Origin: Escherichia phage T4
DNA length: 64,000 nucleotides
Direction: 5' to 3' (one strand)
Sequence record: NC_000866.4
The notes under the pieces were generated by a model. It ran no database searches and had not been told where the DNA came from. It saw only the letters and a program-made list of their open reading frames with translations. The position numbers were made by a program, and so were the translations under genes. This document shows positions 24,659 to 33,920 of the stretch, in pieces (position 1 is the stretch's first letter; every line of letters begins with the position of its first letter).

Positions 24659-25753
24659 ATGGCAATTGTTAAAGAAATAACTGCTGATTTAATTAAAAAG
24701 TCCGGTGAGAAAATTTCAGCCGGACAGAGTACTAAATCAGAAGTAGGAACTAAAACATACACAGCCCAGTTTCCAACTGGGCGTGCTAGTGGTAATGACA
24801 CTACAGAGGACTTCCAGGTAACAGATCTATATAAGAATGGATTATTATTTACTGCATACAATATGTCATCTAGGGATTCTGGAAGTCTTAGATCGATGAG
24901 ATCTAACTACTCTTCTTCATCTTCGAGTATTTTACGTACAGCTAGAAACACTATTAGTAGTACAGTATCAAAACTATCAAATGGATTAATATCAAATAAT
25001 AATTCAGGAACAATAAGTAAATCTCCTATCGCAAACATTCTTTTACCGAGATCTAAATCTGATGTTGATACATCATCACATAGATTTAATGATGTTCAAG
25101 AAAGCCTTATCAGTAGAGGCGGAGGTACTGCTACTGGTGTGCTAAGTAATATTGCTTCAACCGCAGTATTTGGGGCACTGGAAAGTATAACACAAGGTAT
25201 AATGGCTGATAATAATGAACAGATTTATACGACAGCCAGAAGTATGTATGGTGGTGCTGAAAATAGAACTAAAGTGTTTACATGGGATTTGACTCCACGT
25301 TCAACAGAAGATTTAATGGCTATTATTAATATCTATCAATATTTTAACTATTTTTCTTATGGTGAAACGGGTAAATCTCAATATGCTGCTGAAATAAAGG
25401 GGTATTTAGATGATTGGTATCGTTCTACGTTAATTGAACCTTTATCTCCGGAAGACGCAGCTAAAAATAAAACACTATTTGAGAAAATGACATCGAGTTT
25501 AACTAACGTTCTAGTAGTTTCAAACCCGACAGTTTGGATGGTGAAAAACTTTGGCGCAACATCTAAGTTTGATGGAAAAACGGAAATATTTGGTCCATGT
25601 CAAATACAGAGCATTAGATTTGATAAAACACCTAATGGTAACTTTAACGGATTAGCTATTGCTCCAAACCTCCCTAGTACATTTACTCTCGAGATTACTA
25701 TGAGAGAAATTATCACGTTAAACCGTGCTTCTTTATATGCGGGGACTTTTTAA
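24659..25753 (+). CDS. 48: Baseplate-tail tube junction protein
   Basis: 364-aa ORF; T4 gp48 length and position. Confidence 0.92.
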   Translation: MAIVKEITADLIKKSGEKISAGQSTKSEVGTKTYTAQFPTGRASGNDTTEDFQVTDLYKNGLLFTAYNMSSRDSGSLRSMRSNYSSSSSSILRTARNTISSTVSKLSNGLISNNNSGTISKSPIANILLPRSKSDVDTSSHRFNDVQESLISRGGGTATGVLSNIASTAVFGALESITQGIMADNNEQIYTTARSMYGGAENRTKVFTWDLTPRSTEDLMAIINIYQYFNYFSYGETGKSQYAAEIKGYLDDWYRSTLIEPLSPEDAAKNKTLFEKMTSSLTNVLVVSNPTVWMVKNFGATSKFDGKTEIFGPCQIQSIRFDKTPNGNFNGLAIAPNLPSTFTLEITMREIITLNRASLYAGTF

Positions 25754-26715
25754 TGTATTCTTTAGAGGAATTTAATAATCAAGCAATAAACGCAGATTTC
25801 CAACGTAATAATATGTTTAGCTGCGTTTTTGCGACAACTCCATCAACTAAAAGCTCTTCGTTGATAAGTTCAATTAGCAACTTTTCTTATAATAACTTGG
25901 GCCTAAATTCAGATTGGTTAGGATTAACTCAAGGTGATATTAATCAGGGAATTACCACGCTAATTACAGCTGGCACACAAAAACTGATAAGAAAATCAGG
26001 AGTCAGTAAATATCTTATTGGTGCCATGAGTCAACGTACAGTTCAAAGTTTATTAGGCTCATTTACAGTTGGTACATATTTAATTGACTTCTTTAACATG
26101 GCATATAACTCATCTGGATTGATGATATACTCTGTAAAAATGCCAGAGAATAGATTATCCTATGAAACTGACTGGAACTATAATTCTCCTAATATTCGTA
26201 TAACCGGAAGAGAATTAGACCCTTTGGTTATTTCATTTAGAATGGATTCAGAAGCTTGTAACTATCGTGCAATGCAAGACTGGGTTAACTCCGTTCAAGA
26301 CCCAGTAACTGGACTGCGTGCTTTGCCACAAGATGTCGAGGCAGATATTCAGGTTAATCTTCATTCTCGCAATGGATTACCTCATACTGCGGTGATGTTC
26401 ACGATGCATTCAATATCAGTGAGCGCTCCTGAGTTATCATATGATGGAGATAACCAAATAACTACATTTGATGTTACTTTTGCGTACAGAGTGATGCAGG
26501 CTGGAGCAGTTGATAGGCAACGTGCGCTTGAATGGCTTGAATCTGCTGCTATAAATGGTATTCAAAGCGTTCTCGGAAATAGTGGAGGTGTTACTGGACT
26601 ATCTAATTCGCTTTCACGACTTAGTAGATTAGGGGGAACTGCAGGAAGCATTTCAAACATTAATACTATGACAGGAATTGTCAATTCGCAGAGTAAAATA
26701 TTAGGAGCAATATAA
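25753..26715 (+). CDS. 54: Baseplate-tail tube initiator
   Basis: 320-aa ORF; T4 gp54 length; hairpin terminator downstream. Confidence 0.92.
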   Translation: MYSLEEFNNQAINADFQRNNMFSCVFATTPSTKSSSLISSISNFSYNNLGLNSDWLGLTQGDINQGITTLITAGTQKLIRKSGVSKYLIGAMSQRTVQSLLGSFTVGTYLIDFFNMAYNSSGLMIYSVKMPENRLSYETDWNYNSPNIRITGRELDPLVISFRMDSEACNYRAMQDWVNSVQDPVTGLRALPQDVEADIQVNLHSRNGLPHTAVMFTMHSISVSAPELSYDGDNQITTFDVTFAYRVMQAGAVDRQRALEWLESAAINGIQSVLGNSGGVTGLSNSLSRLSRLGGTAGSISNINTMTGIVNSQSKILGAI

Positions 26716-26720
26716 CAATG

Positions 26721-26747
26721 GGGACCGAAAGGTCCATATTTTTATTT
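26721..26747 (+). terminator. Terminator after gene 54
   Basis: GGACC-GAAA-GGUCC hairpin followed by a T-rich tract. Confidence 0.75.
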
Positions 26748-27032
26748 ACGGAATGAAATGAAAGCAGCAACTGAAGCAACTAAACTGTCTTCAATATAAA
26801 CTTCAATTTTTACAGGAGCTTCTGACTCAAATTTACCTGTTACTACACCCTGAAAAATACTTTCAGTCTGTTCTGGCTTTGAAAAATTTTCAGAAGGAAA
26901 AATTCCGAACTTTTTATCTGTTCCAAAAATTTTGATAAATTCATCGTAAACCGCTTCGTTAAAAGCATTATCAGCAGGAATAACGCCTTCAACTACAAGT
27001 TCTTGACCTAAAAAGCGTAAAGAAGATTTCAT
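26742..27032 (-). CDS. alt.-3: Hypothetical protein
   Basis: 96-aa ORF with ATG start and GAGGA RBS, downstream of an early promoter cassette; name by synteny. Confidence 0.7.
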   Translation of the reverse strand: MKSSLRFLGQELVVEGVIPADNAFNEAVYDEFIKIFGTDKKFGIFPSENFSKPEQTESIFQGVVTGKFESEAPVKIEVYIEDSLVASVAAFISFRK

Positions 27033-27063
27033 TTTGTGTTCCTCATGTTATGTTAGTAAGACT

Positions 27064-27093
27064 ACTATAACACAACACGAGGGACTTGTAAAC
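27064..27093 (-). promoter_or_regulatory. Early sigma70-like promoter upstream of alt.-3
   Basis: Minus strand GTTTACA - 17 nt - TATAGT, then leader with GAGGA RBS; part of a duplicated 52-bp cassette. Confidence 0.6.
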
Positions 27094-27268
27094 TACATTT
27101 TGAACTTTTTAGTACGCGTAATAGGCATGCGTCGATTTTATACTGTTTCATTGTTTGAAGAGCAGTATCAAAAACAGCATTAATGACACCAATTGGATTT
27201 CCACCCAAGTTTTTAAGCTTAACTAATGATAGTTTCTCATTAACACCTATCATTACGATATGCATCAT
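27065..27268 (-). CDS. alt.-2: Alt N-terminal paralogue fragment (matches Alt residues ~64-128)
   Basis: 67-aa ORF MMHIVMIGVN...KQYKIDACLLRVLK aligns to Alt MMHIVPFTLT...RQYKIDACMLRILK. Confidence 0.75.
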   Translation of the reverse strand: MMHIVMIGVNEKLSLVKLKNLGGNPIGVINAVFDTALQTMKQYKIDACLLRVLKSSKCSLQVPRVVL

Positions 27269-27450
27269 TTTATCGCCTGGTTTAACGTTTTATTTGTATC
27301 ACCGCCAGAGGTGTATGTACAAAATCTAAATCCAGGAAGTACACTTTCTTCACCGGCTTGAATAGCAAAAATTTGTGGTATTTTATGCTTAGGATTTAAT
27401 GTAACAACCGGCGCCGAAGCGCCGTCAAATAATTCTGTAATAAGTTCCAT
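27265..27450 (-). CDS. alt.-1: Alt N-terminal paralogue fragment (matches Alt residues ~1-61)
   Basis: 61-aa ORF MELITELFD...PGFRFCTYTSGGDTN aligns to Alt MMELITELFD...PGFRLCTYTSGGDTN; stop overlaps the start of the next fragment. Confidence 0.75.
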   Translation of the reverse strand: MELITELFDGASAPVVTLNPKHKIPQIFAIQAGEESVLPGFRFCTYTSGGDTNKTLNQAIK

Positions 27451-27453
27451 GAT

Positions 27454-29505
27454 TTATCCTTGAACGAACTTGTAAGGCATGTTTGCAATATCTATGCAAG
27501 ACGCAATAATTCCAAGAGATGATTCTACTTTCTGTTTAACATTTGATGAAACAAATGATGCAAAGTCAACTCTATCTTCTATATCACCTGTCATTGTAAC
27601 CAATTCACCAGTTTCCATTAAATGGTCTCCGTCATAGATTACCGATTCGGTGAGTTCTTCTGTGGTCATAACTTCAGCTTGAATAAGCTTGTTGTTAGTT
27701 TTAACTGTTCCATCATTGTAAGATGCATCGGTTATTTTATTAACTTTGACCATTAATCCACGTGGCAAAATGACTTCCATTTCATTTGAAGGCGCTAAAC
27801 TTCCACCGGGTAAAACAACATTGACCTTATCAGCCCCAGTAATAACCCATCCAATTCCAACTAAATTATCGCTAGAATTTACAAGTCCTTCATCAGTTTT
27901 ATCAATAGAAACGCTTAAACGCTTTTCGTCTGGTAAAACACCTATAGATGAATCAGTCATCCAAGTACCAAAAATATTTGGATATAATGATGTTGACACA
28001 AAGTTTCTAAAATAAAAAACTCGATTTTTTACCATTGCTTCGTATATTGAAGGTAACATTCGTTGTGAACGATACAAAGTAATACCTTTTGGTAATCGTT
28101 CACCATTTTTAAAGGCTGAATCTAAATTATCAATAGCTTTTTCTATGTCAGATGCTGTCAAAATACTTGTACGCTCATCTGGATTATATAATCCCAAAAG
28201 AGCATTATTTATGTCTACATATCCTGAACCTACGTATTCACGAATTCCGCGTTTTTGCGCTGGTGTGTATTTAGATGAATCTTTATTTTCGACTATAGGA
28301 TGTAATGACCATCCAGCGGTAAGAGCATATCCACGTAATTCTCTTCGAATAATCTTTGTTTTTATTGCATTCCAAGAATTTTGTACTAACTCATTTGCAG
28401 CATCTTGGTTTAAATGCGAATGTTTGTTAATATTTCTTTCAAACCAAGCACCCTTATATTTTTCTAAAGTATCATCGACGATAGAAGCAATAGTTTCTAA
28501 GGTTTTTATTGAAGTAATAGATTCTTTTCGTAATCTTTCTAAAGCTTTATTTTTTATTTCTGCGTTAATAATGGATTCTTTATCTTCAGGAATTATAGAA
28601 GCTTCTCTGAATGCCATCCCAGCTGTAACACTGCTAAGAGCATTCTCTAGTGCAAATCCTGAAGTAGAAATTACCGTTAATTCATTAGAATCAGAAATTA
28701 AAGGCGCGTCCGCTGGTTTATTTAATTCGGCCGCTGAAGCCTCAAATTTTTGAAACATTGGTGTTTCAAATCTAGAAGATTCCAATGACTGACTTTGCGC
28801 AATTGCTCTACGGGAAATTTTAACTTTAACGATTACAGCTTGGTCAGAACGTTTATCATTTTCTTGCGCAATAGATGCTGCAATTGCCTCATTTTTAGTT
28901 ACTTGAGCCCCAGTATCTTTATTGATATAAACATCACCGACCTTCGATTCAACTTTAGTAAAGAGCTCGGTACTAATTTCCGGAACTCCTGGAATGTCTT
29001 CTAGTGATACATTTTTGCGATGTATAAGAATATATGCATACTTTTTATCGTAATCCCAGAGTTCCTTAAGAAGGACGTATCTACCACCTGAACGACTACG
29101 GATAAGTCTATCAGCAATAACTTGAATTTGTCGAGCTTGGCCAGCAGTTTTAGACTTAAGAATACGGAGCATACAGGCATCAATTTTATACTGGCGCATT
29201 GTTTGCATTGCAACAGTAAAAACTGAATTGATATAATTAATTGGGCTTGGACCAAGACCTTTTAATTTAGCAATTGAACCTTTAGCAGTTAATGTAAAAG
29301 GAACAATATGCATCATTTTATCGCCCATCTTTAAATCACGATTAGTATCACCTCCAGATGTATAGGTACATAAACGAAAGCCTGGTTGTTCAATTGCATC
29401 ATCAACATGAACTGAAAAAATTTGCGGTATTTTCTTCTTTGGATATAAGTTTGTAATTGGAAGAGTAGTATCTTCGTCAAATAATTCTGTAATAAGTTCC
29501 ATCAT
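27454..29505 (-). CDS. alt: ADP-ribosyltransferase, packaged head protein
   Basis: 683-aa ORF (two consecutive ATG; the second at 29502 gives 682 aa); R / STS / E-x-E triad elements (YRSQR, FVSTSL, NEMEV); TATAAATA on minus strand upstream. Confidence 0.93.
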   Translation of the reverse strand: MMELITELFDEDTTLPITNLYPKKKIPQIFSVHVDDAIEQPGFRLCTYTSGGDTNRDLKMGDKMMHIVPFTLTAKGSIAKLKGLGPSPINYINSVFTVAMQTMRQYKIDACMLRILKSKTAGQARQIQVIADRLIRSRSGGRYVLLKELWDYDKKYAYILIHRKNVSLEDIPGVPEISTELFTKVESKVGDVYINKDTGAQVTKNEAIAASIAQENDKRSDQAVIVKVKISRRAIAQSQSLESSRFETPMFQKFEASAAELNKPADAPLISDSNELTVISTSGFALENALSSVTAGMAFREASIIPEDKESIINAEIKNKALERLRKESITSIKTLETIASIVDDTLEKYKGAWFERNINKHSHLNQDAANELVQNSWNAIKTKIIRRELRGYALTAGWSLHPIVENKDSSKYTPAQKRGIREYVGSGYVDINNALLGLYNPDERTSILTASDIEKAIDNLDSAFKNGERLPKGITLYRSQRMLPSIYEAMVKNRVFYFRNFVSTSLYPNIFGTWMTDSSIGVLPDEKRLSVSIDKTDEGLVNSSDNLVGIGWVITGADKVNVVLPGGSLAPSNEMEVILPRGLMVKVNKITDASYNDGTVKTNNKLIQAEVMTTEELTESVIYDGDHLMETGELVTMTGDIEDRVDFASFVSSNVKQKVESSLGIIASCIDIANMPYKFVQG

Positions 29506-29525
29506 ATCCTCTCTAGTGTTTATTC

Positions 29526-29533
29526 TATTCTAT
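29526..29533 (-). promoter_or_regulatory. Late promoter TATAAATA for alt
   Basis: Minus-strand TATAAATA about 21 nt upstream of the alt ATG, after a CGAA-loop hairpin. Confidence 0.65.
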
Positions 29534-29559
29534 TTATAAAATTAAAGGCCCGAAGGCCT

Positions 29560-29748
29560 TTAATAATCTATTGGTAAGAGAGTACGATATATTTCAAACT
29601 TTGGACCTTTTTCATAAGCATCAAATGTTTCTGTGAATTTATTATAAGCATATGCATCTATAAATTCAATCATGATTTGTGATACAGAAGTAGAAACATC
29701 TCCACCTTCTTTTTGAGCCACGACAATTGTTTCTAAGTAAGCTTTCAT
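29560..29748 (-). CDS. Hypothetical protein (62 aa) between DNA ligase and alt
   Basis: ATG overlaps the ligase stop; no recognisable motif. Confidence 0.6.
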   Translation of the reverse strand: MKAYLETIVVAQKEGGDVSTSVSQIMIEFIDAYAYNKFTETFDAYEKGPKFEIYRTLLPIDY

Positions 29749-31208
29749 AGACCAGTTACCTCATGAAAATCACCAAATACATCTTCGAATGTATTAGCTT
29801 TAGTTTTATCTTCACGTAAACGAATCGCAATCGGAAGAAATAATTTAACGTAATCAGTGCGGCCATCAGATTTTAACCAACCGTTGCATTCGCACTCTAG
29901 AATTTTTCCAATATAATAATTTTGGTTTTCCATAATGCGAGTACGGTCAAGTTCATGCGATTTTACACCGGCTTTATCTTTTAAGCCTGAACCAGCATTT
30001 ACCTTAATTTTTCCACACTCTGACTCAAGAATAAATCCACCCGCTTTAGTAGGGTCTTTACGGTGAGGATAAATTCCTACAATTTTTAAATCAACATCAA
30101 TTACTTCTTTAAATTTATAAAGATTTTTTGAACGAGCATTTTCCCATAATCCATCGATATTTTTGAGAATAATACCTTCAAGACCTTGGTCAATATACTT
30201 TTTATAAATTACCTTAGCTTCATCTAGGTTATTTACTACCTGGTTTTCAATTAAAATTACTTTATCATATCCAGATGTCATTTGTTCTAGTTTAGAAAAA
30301 CGTACATCATATTTCAAACGAAATGCAGGAAGACTGTATATTTCTACCAACGGGACATAATCCCAGACCTGAAACTTCATGCATTGTGCTTCTTTTTCAG
30401 AAATGGTTCCCTTTAAAGATTTATTGGCGATTCCATTAGAAGCAGTACGTGATTCAGCTACTTCGGCGAATTCTTTAGCTTTACTGTTTTCAGGATAAGC
30501 ATCAAAAAGAAAATCTAGGCCTTCTGGCTCCTTTTTAACTTGCTCATGGTATACCAATTCGCCATCAATCAACACACCTTCTGGATGAATCTGGCGGGCT
30601 TCAGCGGTCATTTTAATTAACTCTTCCTTAAGAAGATCTAATCCTAGATATTCATTACCAGCTCGTGATAAAAGACGAACATCATCTAATTCATCACCTC
30701 TAACTTCAGCAAAACACCGAGCTCCATCAGCTTTTAACTGAGCAAAGGCTGGAAATTTGATATTCTTATTAATGCCTTTTTCATCATAAGAACTTGCGAG
30801 CATTTGAGGTTGTTCAGGAATTAAACCTGGCCAAACTTTGTTTGCAATAGATACTGAAGCACCACATTCAAGGTCTCGCATCATCACTCGACGCAAAACT
30901 TCAACATCATCTTTTTTACCATCGGTGATATATCCAGTTAATTCCTCAATTGCTGCATTTCCAGTCAATTTCCGAGTAGCTAATGTGAATTCAATGAAGT
31001 CAAGCATATCGGTAAGAGTCAACATTCCAAAACTCTGGGTAGCAATACCAGGTTTAGGCCATTTCTTGATATAATACTGTAACCCACGAGAATAAGTCAG
31101 ACGATATACTCGTTTAAGCAATTCATTATCTTTATTCTTTTCAAGAATTGCTTGCTTCTGTTTAGTTGAACCAATAGATGCTATTTCGTTCAGAATTTTA
31201 AGAATCAT
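29745..31208 (-). CDS. 30: ATP-dependent DNA ligase
   Basis: 487-aa ORF with adenylation motif I (LKADG); T4 DNA ligase length. Confidence 0.96.
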   Translation of the reverse strand: MILKILNEIASIGSTKQKQAILEKNKDNELLKRVYRLTYSRGLQYYIKKWPKPGIATQSFGMLTLTDMLDFIEFTLATRKLTGNAAIEELTGYITDGKKDDVEVLRRVMMRDLECGASVSIANKVWPGLIPEQPQMLASSYDEKGINKNIKFPAFAQLKADGARCFAEVRGDELDDVRLLSRAGNEYLGLDLLKEELIKMTAEARQIHPEGVLIDGELVYHEQVKKEPEGLDFLFDAYPENSKAKEFAEVAESRTASNGIANKSLKGTISEKEAQCMKFQVWDYVPLVEIYSLPAFRLKYDVRFSKLEQMTSGYDKVILIENQVVNNLDEAKVIYKKYIDQGLEGIILKNIDGLWENARSKNLYKFKEVIDVDLKIVGIYPHRKDPTKAGGFILESECGKIKVNAGSGLKDKAGVKSHELDRTRIMENQNYYIGKILECECNGWLKSDGRTDYVKLFLPIAIRLREDKTKANTFEDVFGDFHEVTGL

Positions 31209-31474
31209 TGTTCATCCTTTAGAGTTTGGTTTACAGCTCTATTATAAATCAATTCATCATTAAGCTCAGTCAAAGACCTGTGGTACGTGGTTCTAACTTT
31301 ATTTCCTTGCATCCAGTGCTTGATATAAATGAAACCTTGCTCTACACATTTTTTAAAAATTCGTTCGTCTTTTTGAGCTCGGAATTCTGGATTGCATCTA
31401 AAAAATTGATTTACGTGACCGTAATCACGTGTAGTATTACCTTCATTTTCATAAATAGTGTGAACAACAAACAT
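31205..31474 (-). CDS. Hypothetical protein (T4 30.x cluster)
   Basis: 89-aa ORF with ATG start overlapping neighbour. Confidence 0.65.
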   Translation of the reverse strand: MFVVHTIYENEGNTTRDYGHVNQFFRCNPEFRAQKDERIFKKCVEQGFIYIKHWMQGNKVRTTYHRSLTELNDELIYNRAVNQTLKDEQ

Positions 31475-32310
31475 TAGAATGCTCCTTGGAAAATATTATC
31501 ACCACAAGTAGGTCTATTATACAAATACTCTATACCGCCGGGCTTAATATAGTTCCATGTCTGAAACGGATGCGTCTGATATGGATGATATGGATTATAA
31601 GGATTAAATCCAGGAGTTCTCCAGGTAGTGTTCCAAGGAAAAGAATCGTTTTTAATCATCTTTTCAATTACATCTTTTATAGCTTTTTCACTATCAAAAC
31701 TTTCTTTATTTTCCTTTGGTGAAAAAAGCTTATTCTCTACATCGTTCCATGTATAAACTCGCTGAGCAGTTTTTGGAATATTGTCACGCTCTCCTCGAGC
31801 CATCCAATACACAGGAACACGTAATATTTCACTCGCGTGATCGCAGTGGTGAGCGAGATCGTCAATATAACAAATTACGTTATATTTCTCTTTTGCTTTT
31901 TTGAACAACTCTTCTTTTGAAGAATCATGACTACACATCAGTACTTCTGAGAAAGCACCAGGAAAAAGAGCATTCAAATTAAATTGACGATTTAATAGAG
32001 CGTCAATAGAATCACCCAATGCTGTAACAGCAACAAAATTATAATCTTCTTTTAATTTGTTAATTACACACAGAGCATCTTTATATGGAGACAAGTAACG
32101 AATAAAATCCGAACGATTGTATTTTTCAATTAACTTGACGCCAAGTTCTTCATCACAGTTAAAGAGTTTACCAGGAGAAATAAATTTCTCATCTTGGATC
32201 ATTTTTAAAATATGTTCTAACGGAAGATTATATTTCTGAGCAAAATAAGGAAGGCCTGATTGCCAGCTTAAACATACTCCATCAATATCAGTTAAAATAG
32301 TAGGCTTCAT
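31474..32310 (-). CDS. HAD-superfamily phosphatase / nucleotidase-like protein (T4 30.x cluster)
   Basis: 278 aa; N-terminal ILTDIDGV matches the HAD motif I (DxDGx); later acidic YIDD resembles the metal-binding motif. Confidence 0.75.
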   Translation of the reverse strand: MKPTILTDIDGVCLSWQSGLPYFAQKYNLPLEHILKMIQDEKFISPGKLFNCDEELGVKLIEKYNRSDFIRYLSPYKDALCVINKLKEDYNFVAVTALGDSIDALLNRQFNLNALFPGAFSEVLMCSHDSSKEELFKKAKEKYNVICYIDDLAHHCDHASEILRVPVYWMARGERDNIPKTAQRVYTWNDVENKLFSPKENKESFDSEKAIKDVIEKMIKNDSFPWNTTWRTPGFNPYNPYHPYQTHPFQTWNYIKPGGIEYLYNRPTCGDNIFQGAF

Positions 32311-32771
32311 AGAGAGTCTCTTAATAGGTTTAACACATCAATAAATTCAGCTTCGGTTAGTATTGTATCATCTTTTGTTAGACCACTAGCAATGCTGTGC
32401 TTCAAAACTTTTCCTTTCGAGGCTTGTAATGCATCACGAAAGCCCTTGTTTTGAATCGCTGCTTCAAAATATGCATTTGTGTATAATTCTTTCCACGCCG
32501 GGGAGTATCTTGAAAACGGAACTCCAAGCCAAAAGAGGGTCCCACGGTCCTGAGCTCTAGCATAAGACCTTCCAGCTTGTTGGGCGGCAAGCCCGGATAA
32601 CCCAAATATACGACGTTGTTGTTCAACATTTTTCACCTTACACCCTTGGAGGAATCCTTCAAGACCTCCAAATTGAATACCATCCATAACGAAAGGCCAT
32701 TGGGCGAAATTACTTAATGCACATGATGGCCACCTAAAATTGCTTCTAATCTCTAACTCAGACATTTTCAA
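32307..32771 (-). CDS. NADAR (YbiA/DUF1768)-like protein (T4 30.x cluster)
   Basis: 154 aa; LSNFAQWPFVMDGIQF...EGFLQGCK resembles the YbiA-family core FSNFAAWPIKVDGKTW...EHYFQAQK. Confidence 0.7.
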   Translation of the reverse strand: MKMSELEIRSNFRWPSCALSNFAQWPFVMDGIQFGGLEGFLQGCKVKNVEQQRRIFGLSGLAAQQAGRSYARAQDRGTLFWLGVPFSRYSPAWKELYTNAYFEAAIQNKGFRDALQASKGKVLKHSIASGLTKDDTILTEAEFIDVLNLLRDSL

Positions 32772-32964
32772 TGCTTATAATTTCAACATCAGCCCAATGA
32801 CCATAGCAAGGAAGACGAAATTCAACTGGCCAGTTAGGGTCCCTTTCTAATATAATAGACTCAACTTGTGGTTCTTCGTGTTCATCAGTATACGGATTTT
32901 TATCTGTTACTTTATATGTGACCTTAATGTACTGAATTCCAAAAATCTTATTAATTATATTCAT
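32758..32964 (-). CDS. Hypothetical protein (T4 30.x cluster)
   Basis: 68-aa ORF, overlapping neighbours. Confidence 0.55.
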   Translation of the reverse strand: MNIINKIFGIQYIKVTYKVTDKNPYTDEHEEPQVESIILERDPNWPVEFRLPCYGHWADVEIISIENV

Positions 32965-33158
32965 ACTAATTCCTTTAATCCGTAGATAGGAGATAATTCA
33001 TCACCCATACGAAGGTCTTCATTTCCATCTACCCAGGAAACAATATAAGCCTCTTTTATTTGAATACCACTCCATTTAAATGGAGGTAGAACCTTAGAAA
33101 TTAATCCAGGTATACCAACTCCCTTTAATTCAACAGTTTGACCTAAAAAGAATTTCAT
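32961..33158 (-). CDS. Hypothetical protein (T4 30.x cluster)
   Basis: 65-aa ORF, overlapping neighbours. Confidence 0.55.
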   Translation of the reverse strand: MKFFLGQTVELKGVGIPGLISKVLPPFKWSGIQIKEAYIVSWVDGNEDLRMGDELSPIYGLKELV

Positions 33159-33445
33159 TAGAACCTCATCTGAAAACCGTGCGATTTAACATTACCGCCG
33201 CCAATATCAGAAATGTTAATTTCACGCGCAATTGAAGGGTCAATGTCAATTTCACGATTGAGTTTAGTGATAGCTAAAGTATCACGCCCATTTACAGTAC
33301 GGAACTCTAAAGGACAAACCACATCAACGTAGTTTTTAATCGATTCGCTAGTAAGTTGCAAATGTGCAGGAAGGTCTTTAGGTGCCTTTGAGAAAACCAC
33401 TTCACAGAAATTTTTGCGGGTATCAAAATAAGTAGTCATAAACAT
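33158..33445 (-). CDS. Hypothetical protein (T4 30.x cluster)
   Basis: 95-aa ORF; AGGAAAA RBS; hairpin upstream. Confidence 0.6.
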   Translation of the reverse strand: MFMTTYFDTRKNFCEVVFSKAPKDLPAHLQLTSESIKNYVDVVCPLEFRTVNGRDTLAITKLNREIDIDPSIAREINISDIGGGNVKSHGFQMRF

Positions 33446-33486
33446 AATATTTTCCTCAGTAAGGGGCTGAAGCCCCTCATTTTATT

Positions 33487-33852
33487 TTAAATATCAAATT
33501 CATTAAGAACTACATCAAAGATTGCTTCAAGATGCTCAGGTTTAGCTCTGTTACTCAGAATATGACGAATCCAAGTTTTAACTAAGAGTTTACGATTAGC
33601 ACCATTCCAGCAAGGATGAGTCCCTAAATCGCGTTGGCGGAAATCATCATCCAGAGCGATTTTGAAGTTGGAACCTTTCATCGTGATTGAAACCGTGATA
33701 CCGTTTTCAAATCGCATATAAACGTAGTTAGGAGTCATATACTGTTCAATTTCGCATACTGATCCATTTTGATGTTTCCAGAGGCAAATAGTATCAATAG
33801 AACCTGCAATACCATTAGAAACATATTTACGTTCAAAGTTAATGTAGTTCAT
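33487..33852 (-). CDS. Hypothetical protein (T4 30.x cluster)
   Basis: 121-aa ORF with ATG start. Confidence 0.6.
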   Translation of the reverse strand: MNYINFERKYVSNGIAGSIDTICLWKHQNGSVCEIEQYMTPNYVYMRFENGITVSITMKGSNFKIALDDDFRQRDLGTHPCWNGANRKLLVKTWIRHILSNRAKPEHLEAIFDVVLNEFDI

Positions 33853-33920
33853 TTTTATTCTCCGAGATGTTTAATTGCGGTACAGGTATATAATATCATA
33901 TCCTGTACCAAAGTAAACAA

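Noticed and set aside
29815-29820. GTTTAC-like motif inside the DNA ligase coding region
   Set aside because: The sequence at the expected -10 position does not match TAnnnT; likely a chance occurrence.
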